Shown: piece by piece, positions 1 through 7,989 of the stretch
How the letters are laid out: every line of letters begins with the position of its first letter
Position numbering within the stretch: the stretch's first letter is position 1
DNA from: a virus
Taxonomy: Duplodnaviria > Caudoviricetes
IMG/VR virus record: IMGVR_UViG_3300037423_001122
Span: 1-30,116 of that record
Reading direction: 5' to 3' (one strand)
DNA length: 30,116 bases
Program-made: the position numbers and the translations under genes
Notes under the pieces: model-generated
The model's input: only the letters and a program-made list of their open reading frames with translations
Told to the model about the DNA's origin: nothing
Databases searched by the model: none

Positions 1-993
1 GATGCCGTCGGCGCCCACGGCCACGCGCGCGGCGTTGCCGGTGACCACGGTGCGGCCGTCCTTCACCAGTGCGGCGGCCTCGCGCTTGAGGTGCGCGGTC
101 TTCTTCGCATCCCAGCAATCCGGGTCAGTGCAAACGTCTGCACCGATAGGGGTGCGGCTCCATTCGTAGGACTTCTGGCCGTCCGTCACGTCCTGGAACT
201 CGGGCGCGTTGCCGCTGCGCTTGGGGCATGCGGTGCACGTGCCGGCGTCGGGCAGGAGCAGGGCGTCGGCCGTGTCGAAGATGGCGCCCTTGAGCTCCAG
301 CGTGAACTTCTCCAGCAGCAGATCGCGGATGGCGCGAAAGCTCTTCTTGCCGCCGTCGTCCAGCTTGAGGAACTTGCCTTCGATGTACTTGAGCGCTTTC
401 TCGTGCAGCTTCTCCGTGCGCAGCCGCGCAATGAGCAACGCCGTCTCGCTGCCGATCTCGCCTTTGACGCAGGCCTCGCGCACGGCGGGACAGGCTTGCA
501 GGAGCTTCAACCGGCTGTAGATATAGGACCTGCTCTTCCCGGTCTGCTCCGCGAGCTGGTCGGCGGTGATGCCGTCCTCGCGCATCAGCGTGGCGAAGCC
601 CTCGGCTTCTTCAATCGGGTGCACATCGGCGCGAGCCAGGTTCTCCGAGATCTGCGCGCGGCGTGCCTCGGCGTCCGACATGCGGCGCACCATGCAACGC
701 AGCGTGGGCAGGCCTGCGGCCGCGGCGCCGCGCTTGCGGCGGTGGCCGAACACGACCTCGAAGCCGTCAATGAGGTCATCGCGCAACGGGTTGGTAAAGC
801 GCGGCCGCACCAGCGCAGGCTGCAGGTTGCCGCCGACACTCGTCATGTCGGCGGCGAGCTGTTCGATGTCGAGATAGGTCTTGCGCGGGTTGAAGGGGCT
901 GTCGTGCAGCTGGTCGAGCGGGATCTCAATGATCTGCGTCGGGTCGGCTTCCTTGGCTGCTGCGGCCAGGGCGACGGAAGCGGCAAGGTCCAT
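1..993 (-). CDS. ParB/RepB/Spo0J-family protein (3' end runs off window)
   Basis: Not in the ORF track; translated by hand from ATG at 993 (TGATG-coupled to the upstream ORF): MDLAAS...IPLDQLHDSPFNPRK...LQPALVRP...FEVVFGHRR...ISENLARADVHPIEEAEGF...HTH (ADQLAEQTGKSRSYIYSRLKL), then a Cys cluster CTACPKR...CTDPDC. Confidence 0.9.
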   Translation of the reverse strand, partial: MDLAASVALAAAAKEADPTQIIEIPLDQLHDSPFNPRKTYLDIEQLAADMTSVGGNLQPALVRPRFTNPLRDDLIDGFEVVFGHRRKRGAAAAGLPTLRCMVRRMSDAEARRAQISENLARADVHPIEEAEGFATLMREDGITADQLAEQTGKSRSYIYSRLKLLQACPAVREACVKGEIGSETALLIARLRTEKLHEKALKYIEGKFLKLDDGGKKSFRAIRDLLLEKFTLELKGAIFDTADALLLPDAGTCTACPKRSGNAPEFQDVTDGQKSYEWSRTPIGADVCTDPDCWDAKKTAHLKREAAALVKDGRTVVTGNAARVAVGADGI

Positions 994-1355
994 CACACCT
1001 CCTGCGTTTCGGGTTTGATGTGTGAGGCATTGGCCAGCCGCGTCAGCGCGACATCCGTTGCGCGGGCAGCGGCTACCAGGAACTCGTCGGCCGTCGGGCA
1101 CGCGGCGCGCAGCGCGAACAGCACGAGGCCGTCGACGTCGCGCTCGTGAGCGCCGGGCAGTTCGTCGCGCAGCTCCAGGGCGATGCGCGTGATGTCGACC
1201 ACCTGCCAGCCACCGGGCCGGCGCAGCGCGCGCAAGCTCACGGCACGTGCGGACGGCGTGTTGACCCGGTGCAGGTGCATGGCGGTGCCGTCGCGCAGCC
1301 AGATGGCATGCGGGGCTGCGCGCACGACGGTGCAGTACATGGGAACAGTGCTCAT
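993..1355 (-). CDS. Hypothetical phage early protein
   Basis: 120 aa ORF with start/stop overlaps to neighbours in the PL operon. Confidence 0.65.
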   Translation of the reverse strand: MSTVPMYCTVVRAAPHAIWLRDGTAMHLHRVNTPSARAVSLRALRRPGGWQVVDITRIALELRDELPGAHERDVDGLVLFALRAACPTADEFLVAAARATDVALTRLANASHIKPETQEV

Positions 1356-1666
1356 GCCGGCCTCACTGCAGCTCGCACCAGGTGCGCGTGCTGCCCGTGC
1401 CGCAGCAGCAACCCGCGCTGGGCAAGGTAGTCCAGCAGCTCGCGCGTGGTGTCGGCCGTGGTAGGGCAGACCTCGCGCTCATCGAGCAGCGGGCGCACGT
1501 CGCGCCACACGGTGCCGTCTAGCTTCACGGGGTAGGCGCCGGCCTCGATGTTCTGCAGCAGCGCCACATCGGTGCGGGCGAGCTGCGCGCGCAGGGTTTC
1601 CAACTCGGTGGAGGTCGGCTGCGTGCTGACCAACGTGGCCCGCTGGGCAAGGGCGCCGCGGCTCAT
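1352..1666 (-). CDS. Hypothetical phage early protein
   Basis: 104 aa; ATGA overlaps at both ends; globular-looking (WRDVRPLLDERE...LLDYLAQRGLL). Confidence 0.75.
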   Translation of the reverse strand: MSRGALAQRATLVSTQPTSTELETLRAQLARTDVALLQNIEAGAYPVKLDGTVWRDVRPLLDEREVCPTTADTTRELLDYLAQRGLLLRHGQHAHLVRAAVRPA

Positions 1667-1848
1667 GACAGCACCGCCAGAAGGTTAATCACGACCGCTG
1701 CGTGCGCGAAGAACGCCGTGGCCAGGAACAGCCAGGTATCTCGGATCAGCTGCGCGCTGCCGAGCAGTGCGGCGTCAAGGTCGTGCTGGTCGGTGGCCGG
1801 TGCGCTTGATGCAGTGCGAGCAAAGTTGCTGCGGTCTGTGCTCTCCAT
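1663..1848 (-). CDS. Small hypothetical protein with C-terminal hydrophobic helix; first gene of PL operon
   Basis: GAGGGAG RBS upstream; 61 aa; lies just downstream of PL. Confidence 0.65.
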   Translation of the reverse strand: MESTDRSNFARTASSAPATDQHDLDAALLGSAQLIRDTWLFLATAFFAHAAVVINLLAVLS

Positions 1849-1879
1849 CGCTTGCTCCCTCGGTGTGGCAATGGAGGAA

Positions 1880-1922
1880 AGTTTAAATTTAACTAAACAA
1901 GCTAGTCAAGTAATCACTAAAC
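1880..1922 (-). promoter_or_regulatory. PL promoter with two CI operators (OL)
   Basis: Minus strand TTGACT (1909-1904)-18 bp-TAAACT (1885-1880). Operators GTTTAA-N6-CTAAAC (1881-1898) and GTCAAG-N6-CTAAAC (1905-1922) match the OR consensus. Confidence 0.85.
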
Positions 1923-1933
1923 AGACGAGCATA

Positions 1934-1957
1934 GAAAAGCCCGCTCGCAGCGGGCTT
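1934..1957 (-). terminator. Intrinsic terminator ending the cI operon
   Basis: Minus strand AAGCCCGC-TGCGA-GCGGGCTTTTC. Confidence 0.75.
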
Positions 1958-1977
1958 GGTGAGTGAGTAGCTGCTGG

Positions 1978-2130
1978 TCAATGCAGTGCTGGGATCGTGA
2001 TGCCTGCGGCATCCAGAAGCACTGACACTGCGATGACGTTGCCCGCGTGGTTGGCACGCGGGAGGCACAGTGGTGCCTCCATCGCCTCCTTGGGCTTGGC
2101 CAGCGATTCCTCGACTTCCTCTCGCGTCAA
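1978..2130 (-). pseudogene. 50-codon ORF, possibly a truncated accessory gene in the cI operon
   Basis: GGGAGG RBS then TTG: MTREEVEESLAKPKEAMEAPLCLPRANHAGNVIAVSVLLDAAGITIPALH*. Below the ORF-track cutoff. Confidence 0.35.
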
Positions 2131-2205
2131 AGCGCGCCTCCCTATTTTTCTTGTCAGTGCGGGCAGGTAATCAGGTGCGCGTTATTTCAGTTTCTGGTAT
2201 AGCCA

Positions 2206-2793
2206 TTAAAGCTTAGAAGCCGCACCTTTTGCGCGCTGCCGGTCCGACTCGACGGCCCTCTTCAAATTTGCATTATCAAAAAACATCACGGACACGGTAT
2301 TAAGATCGGTCGTGCGAGCAGAGGCCATGATTGAAACTTTCTTTCCATCCCAGCTTAACCGCTCCGACATAAAAACGGCTCCATTAAGATTTGTGACCTT
2401 TTCATTTTCAATCTTATGGGGTGGTCCGTACTTCTCTATTAAAACGTCCTTGATGGCGTCCCATTCTCTATATTGGCCGGTTATTGAAATTTCTGTAAGT
2501 AAAGCTTCTTTGAGGGTTACATAAAGTCTGTACCCAAAACCTAAATTTGGTCGTCCATCTACCTCCAAAACCCCGTACTCAGGCATGTAACCTTTTCTAA
2601 GGCACATCTTGTCGCCCATGTCAAAAGCCCAGCCTTGCGGGCAAAGCTCCATGGTGCTTTCATTGAACGGGCCACCAAGCGTTAGCCCGAGCACAGTCGC
2701 TGGTTCTTTATCCCATTTCTTCGCCTGTGGTCCAGCCGCTAAAGGGTATTGAAAGAAAAGCGCCATTGTTGCGCATAGCAGCAATCTCTTCAT
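2206..2793 (-). CDS. Secreted/periplasmic hypothetical protein (lysogen-expressed moron)
   Basis: Signal peptide MKRLLLCATMALFFQYPLAA; visibly AT-rich; starts 18 bp after the cI stop. Confidence 0.85.
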   Translation of the reverse strand: MKRLLLCATMALFFQYPLAAGPQAKKWDKEPATVLGLTLGGPFNESTMELCPQGWAFDMGDKMCLRKGYMPEYGVLEVDGRPNLGFGYRLYVTLKEALLTEISITGQYREWDAIKDVLIEKYGPPHKIENEKVTNLNGAVFMSERLSWDGKKVSIMASARTTDLNTVSVMFFDNANLKRAVESDRQRAKGAASKL

Positions 2794-2811
2794 ATATGCC
2801 CCATAATTTTA

Positions 2812-3498
2812 TTACTCTTCAATCCACGTGCCGATCACCATTCCGAGCACCTTGAATTCATCCCGAATCGGTTCATGCATAGGATTAAGCGGCTGCAGCC
2901 AGCGGCGCCCATCCTCTTCTTTGAACACCTTGAAAGTTACTTCGCTGCCGCCGTCAATCTTCGCAACGATGCGCTGGCCATTTACAGGAGACTTTTTCTC
3001 GAAGTCCACGTAAATAATGACACCTTCAGGATAAGTTCTCGCAGCACCAATCGGCGCCGTCATTGAGTCTCCGCGCACACGTAGCGCCGCCGTGCATTTG
3101 CTGTGCGGCACAGGGCACTCAAGCCAGCGCTCCACCTCGTGCAACTCCAGCACGTCACAGGACTCGGCCCACATGCCGGCCTGGACCCAACTGATGAGCG
3201 GCACCAATCCTTTTGTGTCTGGGCCAGGCTCGATGTTGTCTAGGCGCGCACCGGCCAGCGGCGCAGGCACGGGCGCGGCCTCAGGTTGAGTCGGGGCGTC
3301 CCGCTCGAAGTAGTCGGAAGGAAGGCTGAGCGCCTCGGCGATGCGCTTGCCGGCCAGCTCGCCGAACGGCTGAGCGGCGTCAAACAACTGCGACACACGC
3401 CCCTTGGTGAAGCCAGTGTCCAGCATGAAGCGGGCCCGGTCATCACCGTACCTGCGCGTGAAAAAGGCAATGAACCGCCGCCGGCGTTCTTCTTTCAT
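2812..3498 (-). CDS. cI: CI-like repressor, LexA/S24 autopeptidase domain
   Basis: N-terminal HTH (GFTKGRVSQLF), cleavage site VQAG, catalytic GDSM and TFK motifs; divergent from cro. Confidence 0.95.
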   Translation of the reverse strand: MKEERRRRFIAFFTRRYGDDRARFMLDTGFTKGRVSQLFDAAQPFGELAGKRIAEALSLPSDYFERDAPTQPEAAPVPAPLAGARLDNIEPGPDTKGLVPLISWVQAGMWAESCDVLELHEVERWLECPVPHSKCTAALRVRGDSMTAPIGAARTYPEGVIIYVDFEKKSPVNGQRIVAKIDGGSEVTFKVFKEEDGRRWLQPLNPMHEPIRDEFKVLGMVIGTWIEE

Positions 3499-3565
3499 GT
3501 TAAGCGCATGCTAAACAACATGGTTTAGATAAATATTGACGCATTGGTTTAGTTAAACCTAAACT
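3499..3565. promoter_or_regulatory. OR region: three 18-bp operators, PR and probable PRM
   Basis: GTTAAG-N6-CTAAAC (3499-3516), GTTTAG-N6-ATTGAC (3523-3540), GTTTAG-N6-CTAAAC (3547-3564), spaced 24 bp apart. PR = TTGACG (3536)-18 bp-TAAACT (3560). Confidence 0.9.
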
Positions 3566-3571
3566 TTGGTC

Positions 3572-3931
3572 ATGAAACTCAAACCATGGCTCAAGGCTGT
3601 CCCGGGGCGCGCATCCGCGCTTGCGGTGCACCTCGATGTCACAAGGTCGATGGTCAGCCAGATGGCCAACGGTGACGTTCCCGTTCCGCCTCGGATGTAC
3701 CGTGCGATCCGTGACTTCAGCCGCGGGGAGGTTGGCATTGAGGACCTGATCCCAGATGCATCACCTGTGGCCGCGCAGTGCGAGGCGCCTCAGAACGCCG
3801 CTGGCCCTATCGAAGACCGCCGTGGCACGCAACCCGACCGGCGAGCGGTCCAAGTGCGCATCGGCTTTCCCGACCAGCGCGGCACGAAGCCGGACCGCCG
3901 CAGTGCGCAATGCACAGAGCAGGGGACGTGA
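3572..3931 (+). CDS. cro: Cro/YdaS-like HTH regulator with DRR-repeat C-terminal extension
   Basis: MKLKPWL...GRASALAVHLDVTRSMVSQMANG..VPP...I...SRGEVGIEDL is the typical Cro/YdaS signature; divergent from cI. Confidence 0.88.
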   Translation: MKLKPWLKAVPGRASALAVHLDVTRSMVSQMANGDVPVPPRMYRAIRDFSRGEVGIEDLIPDASPVAAQCEAPQNAAGPIEDRRGTQPDRRAVQVRIGFPDQRGTKPDRRSAQCTEQGT

Positions 3932-4224
3932 GCTTGGTGCTCCGGGTTACAGGCGCGCGTTCCGTGCTTTATCCGATATCGCCCCAGAGTCTAGTGGTCG
4001 CTGGGGCGTCAGCAATTTGCGCTGCGCGCCGGCAGCGTCCAGCGCGCCCCAGCCCATGCCGCGCCTGCGGTCCGTGCCACGCGCGTCGGCAGGTGACGCA
4101 GAACAAGCGGCCTGTATTGGTCCGCCCTAAGTTGGTTTCTGAAGTCAACCAGTTTTTTGCCCATGCCGCGAGTGTCTGCACGTGCGGCAGGGCAAGTCCA
4201 TAGCTTCAAGAGGAGTTCACGGCT

Positions 4225-4728
4225 ATGAACGTGATGGACGCGGCATGCCACATTGCCGATGACTACCCCGGCGGCGCCGCGGCGCTGGCAGTGCGCATGG
4301 ACAAGGCGGCATCGACGCTGCAGAAGGAGTTGCGCGGTGATCCGGGCTACAAGTTCGGTCTTGCGGACTCGGTGAAGATGTCCAAGTTCGCCGGTAGCAC
4401 GCTGATCGCCAGCGCCTACGCGGCCGAACTGGGCGGCTACTTCATGCTGCTGCCCGATATCGAGCATGTGCGGGCCTGTCCTCTTGAGGCAGTCGGTGCG
4501 CTGTCTCGCCAGGTCGGCGCGTACGTCGGCGAGATCTGCAGTGCGATGGCCGACGGGCACGTCTCGGACAACGAGCGACGCGGAATCACTGCACGGCTTG
4601 CCGGCCTGATGGTGCAGATCCAGCAGCTGCAGGCGCAGATCGATGCGCAGAGTGAAACCGGTGAGCCGGCCCCTGATCGCCGCCAGACGGTGCGGCGAGC
4701 GGCTGACCGTCAAGGGGCGGGGCGATGA
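4225..4728 (+). CDS. cII: Phage regulatory CII-family (CP76-like) protein
   Basis: DYPGGAAALAVRM..STL.KEL...YKFGL and C-terminal ADGHVSDNE motifs; AGGAG RBS. Confidence 0.85.
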   Translation: MNVMDAACHIADDYPGGAAALAVRMDKAASTLQKELRGDPGYKFGLADSVKMSKFAGSTLIASAYAAELGGYFMLLPDIEHVRACPLEAVGALSRQVGAYVGEICSAMADGHVSDNERRGITARLAGLMVQIQQLQAQIDAQSETGEPAPDRRQTVRRAADRQGAGR

Positions 4729-5030
4729 GCGCGCGCACCGCGAGCCCGGTACAGGTTGAGCCGATATCGGGTGAGGGGGCGGGCGCCAAGACCGGCCGTG
4801 CCCTGGTGTACCCGCTGATCTGCGACAGCGAGCCGCTGCGGGTGTTCATCGCGCTGCTGGAGCGCGTGCTACAGGCAGAAGGCCGTGGCGTCGAGTTCGG
4901 CGACCTCAGCGGTGACCTGGTGCGTGCGGAGACCGATATGCGTCTCGATGCTGCCGGCGTCATTGCTGTGCAGCTCTATCCGTCGGAACGCCTTGTGCGC
5001 TTGGCGGCGGATGTGCTGGAAGGACGGTGA
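4725..5030 (+). CDS. Hypothetical protein
   Basis: ATGA overlap with cII; 101 aa. Confidence 0.65.
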   Translation: MSARTASPVQVEPISGEGAGAKTGRALVYPLICDSEPLRVFIALLERVLQAEGRGVEFGDLSGDLVRAETDMRLDAAGVIAVQLYPSERLVRLAADVLEGR

Positions 5031-5154
5031 TGGCCGTCAGGCGGCCGTGATGGTGCGCTGCCTCAACAACACGCCGTCCTGGGTGAGCCCAAGGGCGGCG
5101 CTTCGCATTCGCATGCCCGCGTTTCGATATCGAGCGGGTGAAGGAGTAGATCAC

Positions 5155-5514
5155 ATGGAAAAGCATCAGCAGGCCAGCGGCCGCGCCGCCAGAACGGCGC
5201 AGGCCGACGCCCTGGAGGCGCGCGGGAAAGAGCGCCGGCAAAGCGACAGCGCCGTCGTGCTGGGCATCGTGCGAGCCGCCCATGCGGCGGGCTTTCCCGA
5301 CATGACCCGGTGCGAGATTCAGGAAGAGTGGGAGCGGCTGGACAGGGCCGCCGGGCTTCCTGGCCGCCGCGACGCAAATATCGTGAGCGGCCGTGTGCGC
5401 GAGCTGGTCAAGAGGCAAGCGCTCCAGGCTTTGGGCGAGGACAAGAACCGCGCTAGCCGAGCCAGCCGCGCTGACGGCCGTGTGGTGTCGGTAGTTGCCC
5501 TGATCAGCGCTTGA
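5155..5514 (+). CDS. Putative winged-HTH DNA-binding protein
   Basis: AAGGAG RBS before ATG 5155; DMTRCEIQ...NIVSGRVRELV pattern resembles a wHTH. Confidence 0.7.
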   Translation: MEKHQQASGRAARTAQADALEARGKERRQSDSAVVLGIVRAAHAAGFPDMTRCEIQEEWERLDRAAGLPGRRDANIVSGRVRELVKRQALQALGEDKNRASRASRADGRVVSVVALISA

Positions 5515-5593
5515 CCAAGCGTTTGCTCTTGCCTGCCGGTTTCGATATCGGGGCATGCGGCCCTGGCGCGCAGTAGTTGGAGGAGGTTGCGCG

Positions 5594-6718
5594 ATGCACT
5601 ATTTCGACGAACACATCGGCGACACGTTCCTGGCCGTGGGAACGATGCCGCTGGTGTGCCATGGCATCTATGCGCGGCTGAAAGCGCGCTACTTCTCCAG
5701 GGAAGCGCCGCTACCGAACAAGCCGGTGCTGCTGCGGGAGTGGTCCGGCGTGCACACGCGGGCCGAGCGCGGCGCCCTGGAGCGCGTGCTGGAAGAGTGC
5801 TTCCTGCTGGACGAAGACGAGTGCTGGCGGGTCCCAAAGTGGGATGAGCAGATCGCGACCTTCAAGGCGAAGCAGGCGGCCGCTGTCGAAAGCGAGGTCG
5901 CCCAGCAAGCGAAGTCGAACAGTCGCGTGCGGCTGCTGCGGGTCGAACGCCGGCTGATGACGGCCGCGCTGGTCGATATCGAATGCAGAAAGAAGGATCT
6001 CGACGACCTGGGGATGAAGGAGCTGCGTGCCCTGGCCGTCCAGAAACTGGGGCAGGAGCGCGTCGACACCATCGCTGCGGAAGCAACTGCAGCCGTTTCC
6101 GAAACGGCCGGTGAAACGCCTGCTGTAACGCCAGTGAAACGGGGTGAAACGCCACCCCATGAACCAGGAACCGCTTCCCAAAAACCACCCCACACCCTGC
6201 AGTACCTCGGGGAGGAAACGGGTGGTGTGGGTGGTGGTGAAACGAAGGCTGAAACGACTGCTGTAACGCCGGCCGTAACGGCAGCCGTAACGCCATTACG
6301 GGGAGCGTTTCGGCCCGACACTGTAATGACCGTGGCTGCGGAGCTGACGGCAAAGGGTTTGCTCGTCCACCACACCGACACCGACTTGCAGAAGCTGGTG
6401 GCCGCCGGGTGGGATGCGACCGCCATCCAAGCGCAGAAGCCGAAGGGCGGCTGGGACAAGGTCAAGTTCCCTATGGCGTGGCTGGTGGGCAAGCTGGAGA
6501 ACAAAGCTGCGGGCGGTGTGGCTGTGCCGGCGCCCGAGAGCGGAGCATCAACTGGTGGCTGGCCGGAGACGCGCAGCGGCGTTGAGCGCGTCGGCGTAGA
6601 GCTGGGGCTTGGCAGCTGGGATGAAGCGGCCTTCTATGCGTGCCGCGGCGAGTCATTCAAGGACTACGAAGCCCGCGTGAAGCGCGCGGCCGGCCGTGAT
6701 GCGGAGGCTGTTGCATGA
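5594..6718 (+). CDS. Replication initiator, DUF1376/YdaU family
   Basis: AGGAGG RBS; MHYFDEHIGD...HGIYARL...Y..EAPLP motif; internal iterons. Confidence 0.85.
   Translation: MHYFDEHIGDTFLAVGTMPLVCHGIYARLKARYFSREAPLPNKPVLLREWSGVHTRAERGALERVLEECFLLDEDECWRVPKWDEQIATFKAKQAAAVESEVAQQAKSNSRVRLLRVERRLMTAALVDIECRKKDLDDLGMKELRALAVQKLGQERVDTIAAEATAAVSETAGETPAVTPVKRGETPPHEPGTASQKPPHTLQYLGEETGGVGGGETKAETTAVTPAVTAAVTPLRGAFRPDTVMTVAAELTAKGLLVHHTDTDLQKLVAAGWDATAIQAQKPKGGWDKVKFPMAWLVGKLENKAAGGVAVPAPESGASTGGWPETRSGVERVGVELGLGSWDEAAFYACRGESFKDYEARVKRAAGRDAEAVA
6093..6300 (+). repeat. Iteron array / probable replication origin inside initiator gene
   Basis: About 11 GWAACG cores in two clusters, including 12-bp-periodic (G/C)YGWAACG at 6237, 6249, 6261, 6273 and 6285. 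Confidence 0.75.
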
Positions 6719-6966
6719 GAGTGCCGATGGAGCCTCTAACGCTGCCGCCCGTGCGAGCGTCGGTGCAGCAGGGTGGGCAGCACGCCTGGGCCCAGGCGCT
6801 GCGTGATCGAGAGCGCGCGCTGGGTCTCGGCACGCCGCTCATGACGGAGTTCCAGCGCAGCGTCTGGCGCGATGTGTTCAAGGATGAACTGACCGACCAG
6901 GAGCGCGCGACCGCGCCCCGGCGGCGCACAGCGCAGAGGGAACGGGAACAGCGAGGGAGCAGGTAG
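6715..6966 (+). CDS. Hypothetical protein
   Basis: ATGA overlap with the initiator; abuts the next gene. Confidence 0.7.
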   Translation: MRVPMEPLTLPPVRASVQQGGQHAWAQALRDRERALGLGTPLMTEFQRSVWRDVFKDELTDQERATAPRRRTAQREREQRGSR

Positions 6967-7836
6967 ATGGACACGGACCTTGTCACCACGGAAGAGCGGT
7001 ATAGCCGCGCAATCACCAGCAGTCACTTGCGGGCCAGTGACGCTGCCTGTGATGTAGACCTGCTGATCACGGCCGGCGCAATGCGCAACGAGCTGGGTCC
7101 ACTGCTGTACCGGCTGCGCGTAGAGCTGGACGTCGTGCGCGGCGATGAGCTGCTCGTGCAGCAGCATCGGCGCGAGCTGCAGGCCGCGATCAAGCTGTCC
7201 ACGGCGCAGACACGGCGCGAGATGCGGCACGGCCCACCGCGCGCAGCTGCAGACCTAGAAGTCCTGCAGCAGCGCGAGCAGCAGCTGCAGGAGGAGGAGG
7301 GGGCGGCCTACGCCAAAGCCGTGCTGCAGCTGCGCTCGCTGCCGGCGGCGCGTGACGCACTTGGGCGATGGGCTGAGGCGGAGGCAAACCGGTTCATCGT
7401 GCGCGACCTGCGCCCGCATCCGCTGCAGCTCAAGTCGCTGCGCGCCCGCATGGAGTGGGACATGCTCAACGGTCCGTCACTGCTGGCCGGTGAGCTTGTC
7501 ATGCTCGAAGATCGGCGCCGTCGCGCGCTGGAGCATGCCGCGCGTACCACCACGCTGACCCCTGCGGCCGTGCGTGTGCTGTCGGGCGGGCTGCTGCAGG
7601 CGTTCATGAATTCGATGTGCCGCACGTGCTGCGGCCGAGGTCGCACCGGCGGCAATGGCAAACCTGAGGCGACGTGCCGCGCATGTGGTGGCACCGGTCG
7701 TGCACAGGAGTCGCTGGGCCGCGACGATGAGCAGCGTGCGTTCTGCAATTTCGCCCTGGCGGAGATGGAGCGCATGTTCGATGCGGTGAACCGATCGATG
7801 ACAAAGCACTTGCGCGGCAGGAATCTGCGCGAGTAG
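6967..7836 (+). CDS. Late antiterminator Q-like protein
   Basis: C-terminal CRTCCGRG...CRACGGTG zinc finger; last early gene, before a terminator-containing leader and the late genes. Confidence 0.7.
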   Translation: MDTDLVTTEERYSRAITSSHLRASDAACDVDLLITAGAMRNELGPLLYRLRVELDVVRGDELLVQQHRRELQAAIKLSTAQTRREMRHGPPRAAADLEVLQQREQQLQEEEGAAYAKAVLQLRSLPAARDALGRWAEAEANRFIVRDLRPHPLQLKSLRARMEWDMLNGPSLLAGELVMLEDRRRRALEHAARTTTLTPAAVRVLSGGLLQAFMNSMCRTCCGRGRTGGNGKPEATCRACGGTGRAQESLGRDDEQRAFCNFALAEMERMFDAVNRSMTKHLRGRNLRE

Positions 7837-7950
7837 ACTCCGCGCCACGCCGCGCCTGGTACGTCCCGTGCGGTGAATCTGACTCAGCGGGCCTACCCTG
7901 CTTAACCCGGTTCTGACCCGGGACTTCGGTGGGATCGGTGCGTCTAAACG

Positions 7951-7971
7951 GCCCGCAGCAGCGGGCTTTTT
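7951..7971 (+). terminator. tR'-like intrinsic terminator in late leader
   Basis: GCCCGC-AGCA-GCGGGC-TTTTT. Confidence 0.8.
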
Positions 7972-7989
7972 CGTTTCTGGAACAACCTC

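Noticed and set aside
91-1149. 352-aa + strand ORF
   Set aside because: Antisense shadow of the ParB gene; typical of high-GC codon bias.
3932-4224. Possible leftward Cys-containing ORF (3969-4181) between cro and cII
   Set aside because: No RBS or recognisable motif and conflicting frames; may simply be a regulatory (PRE/tR1) region.
7932-7949. Extra CI operator in the late leader (CTAAAC)
   Set aside because: Only one half-site matches.
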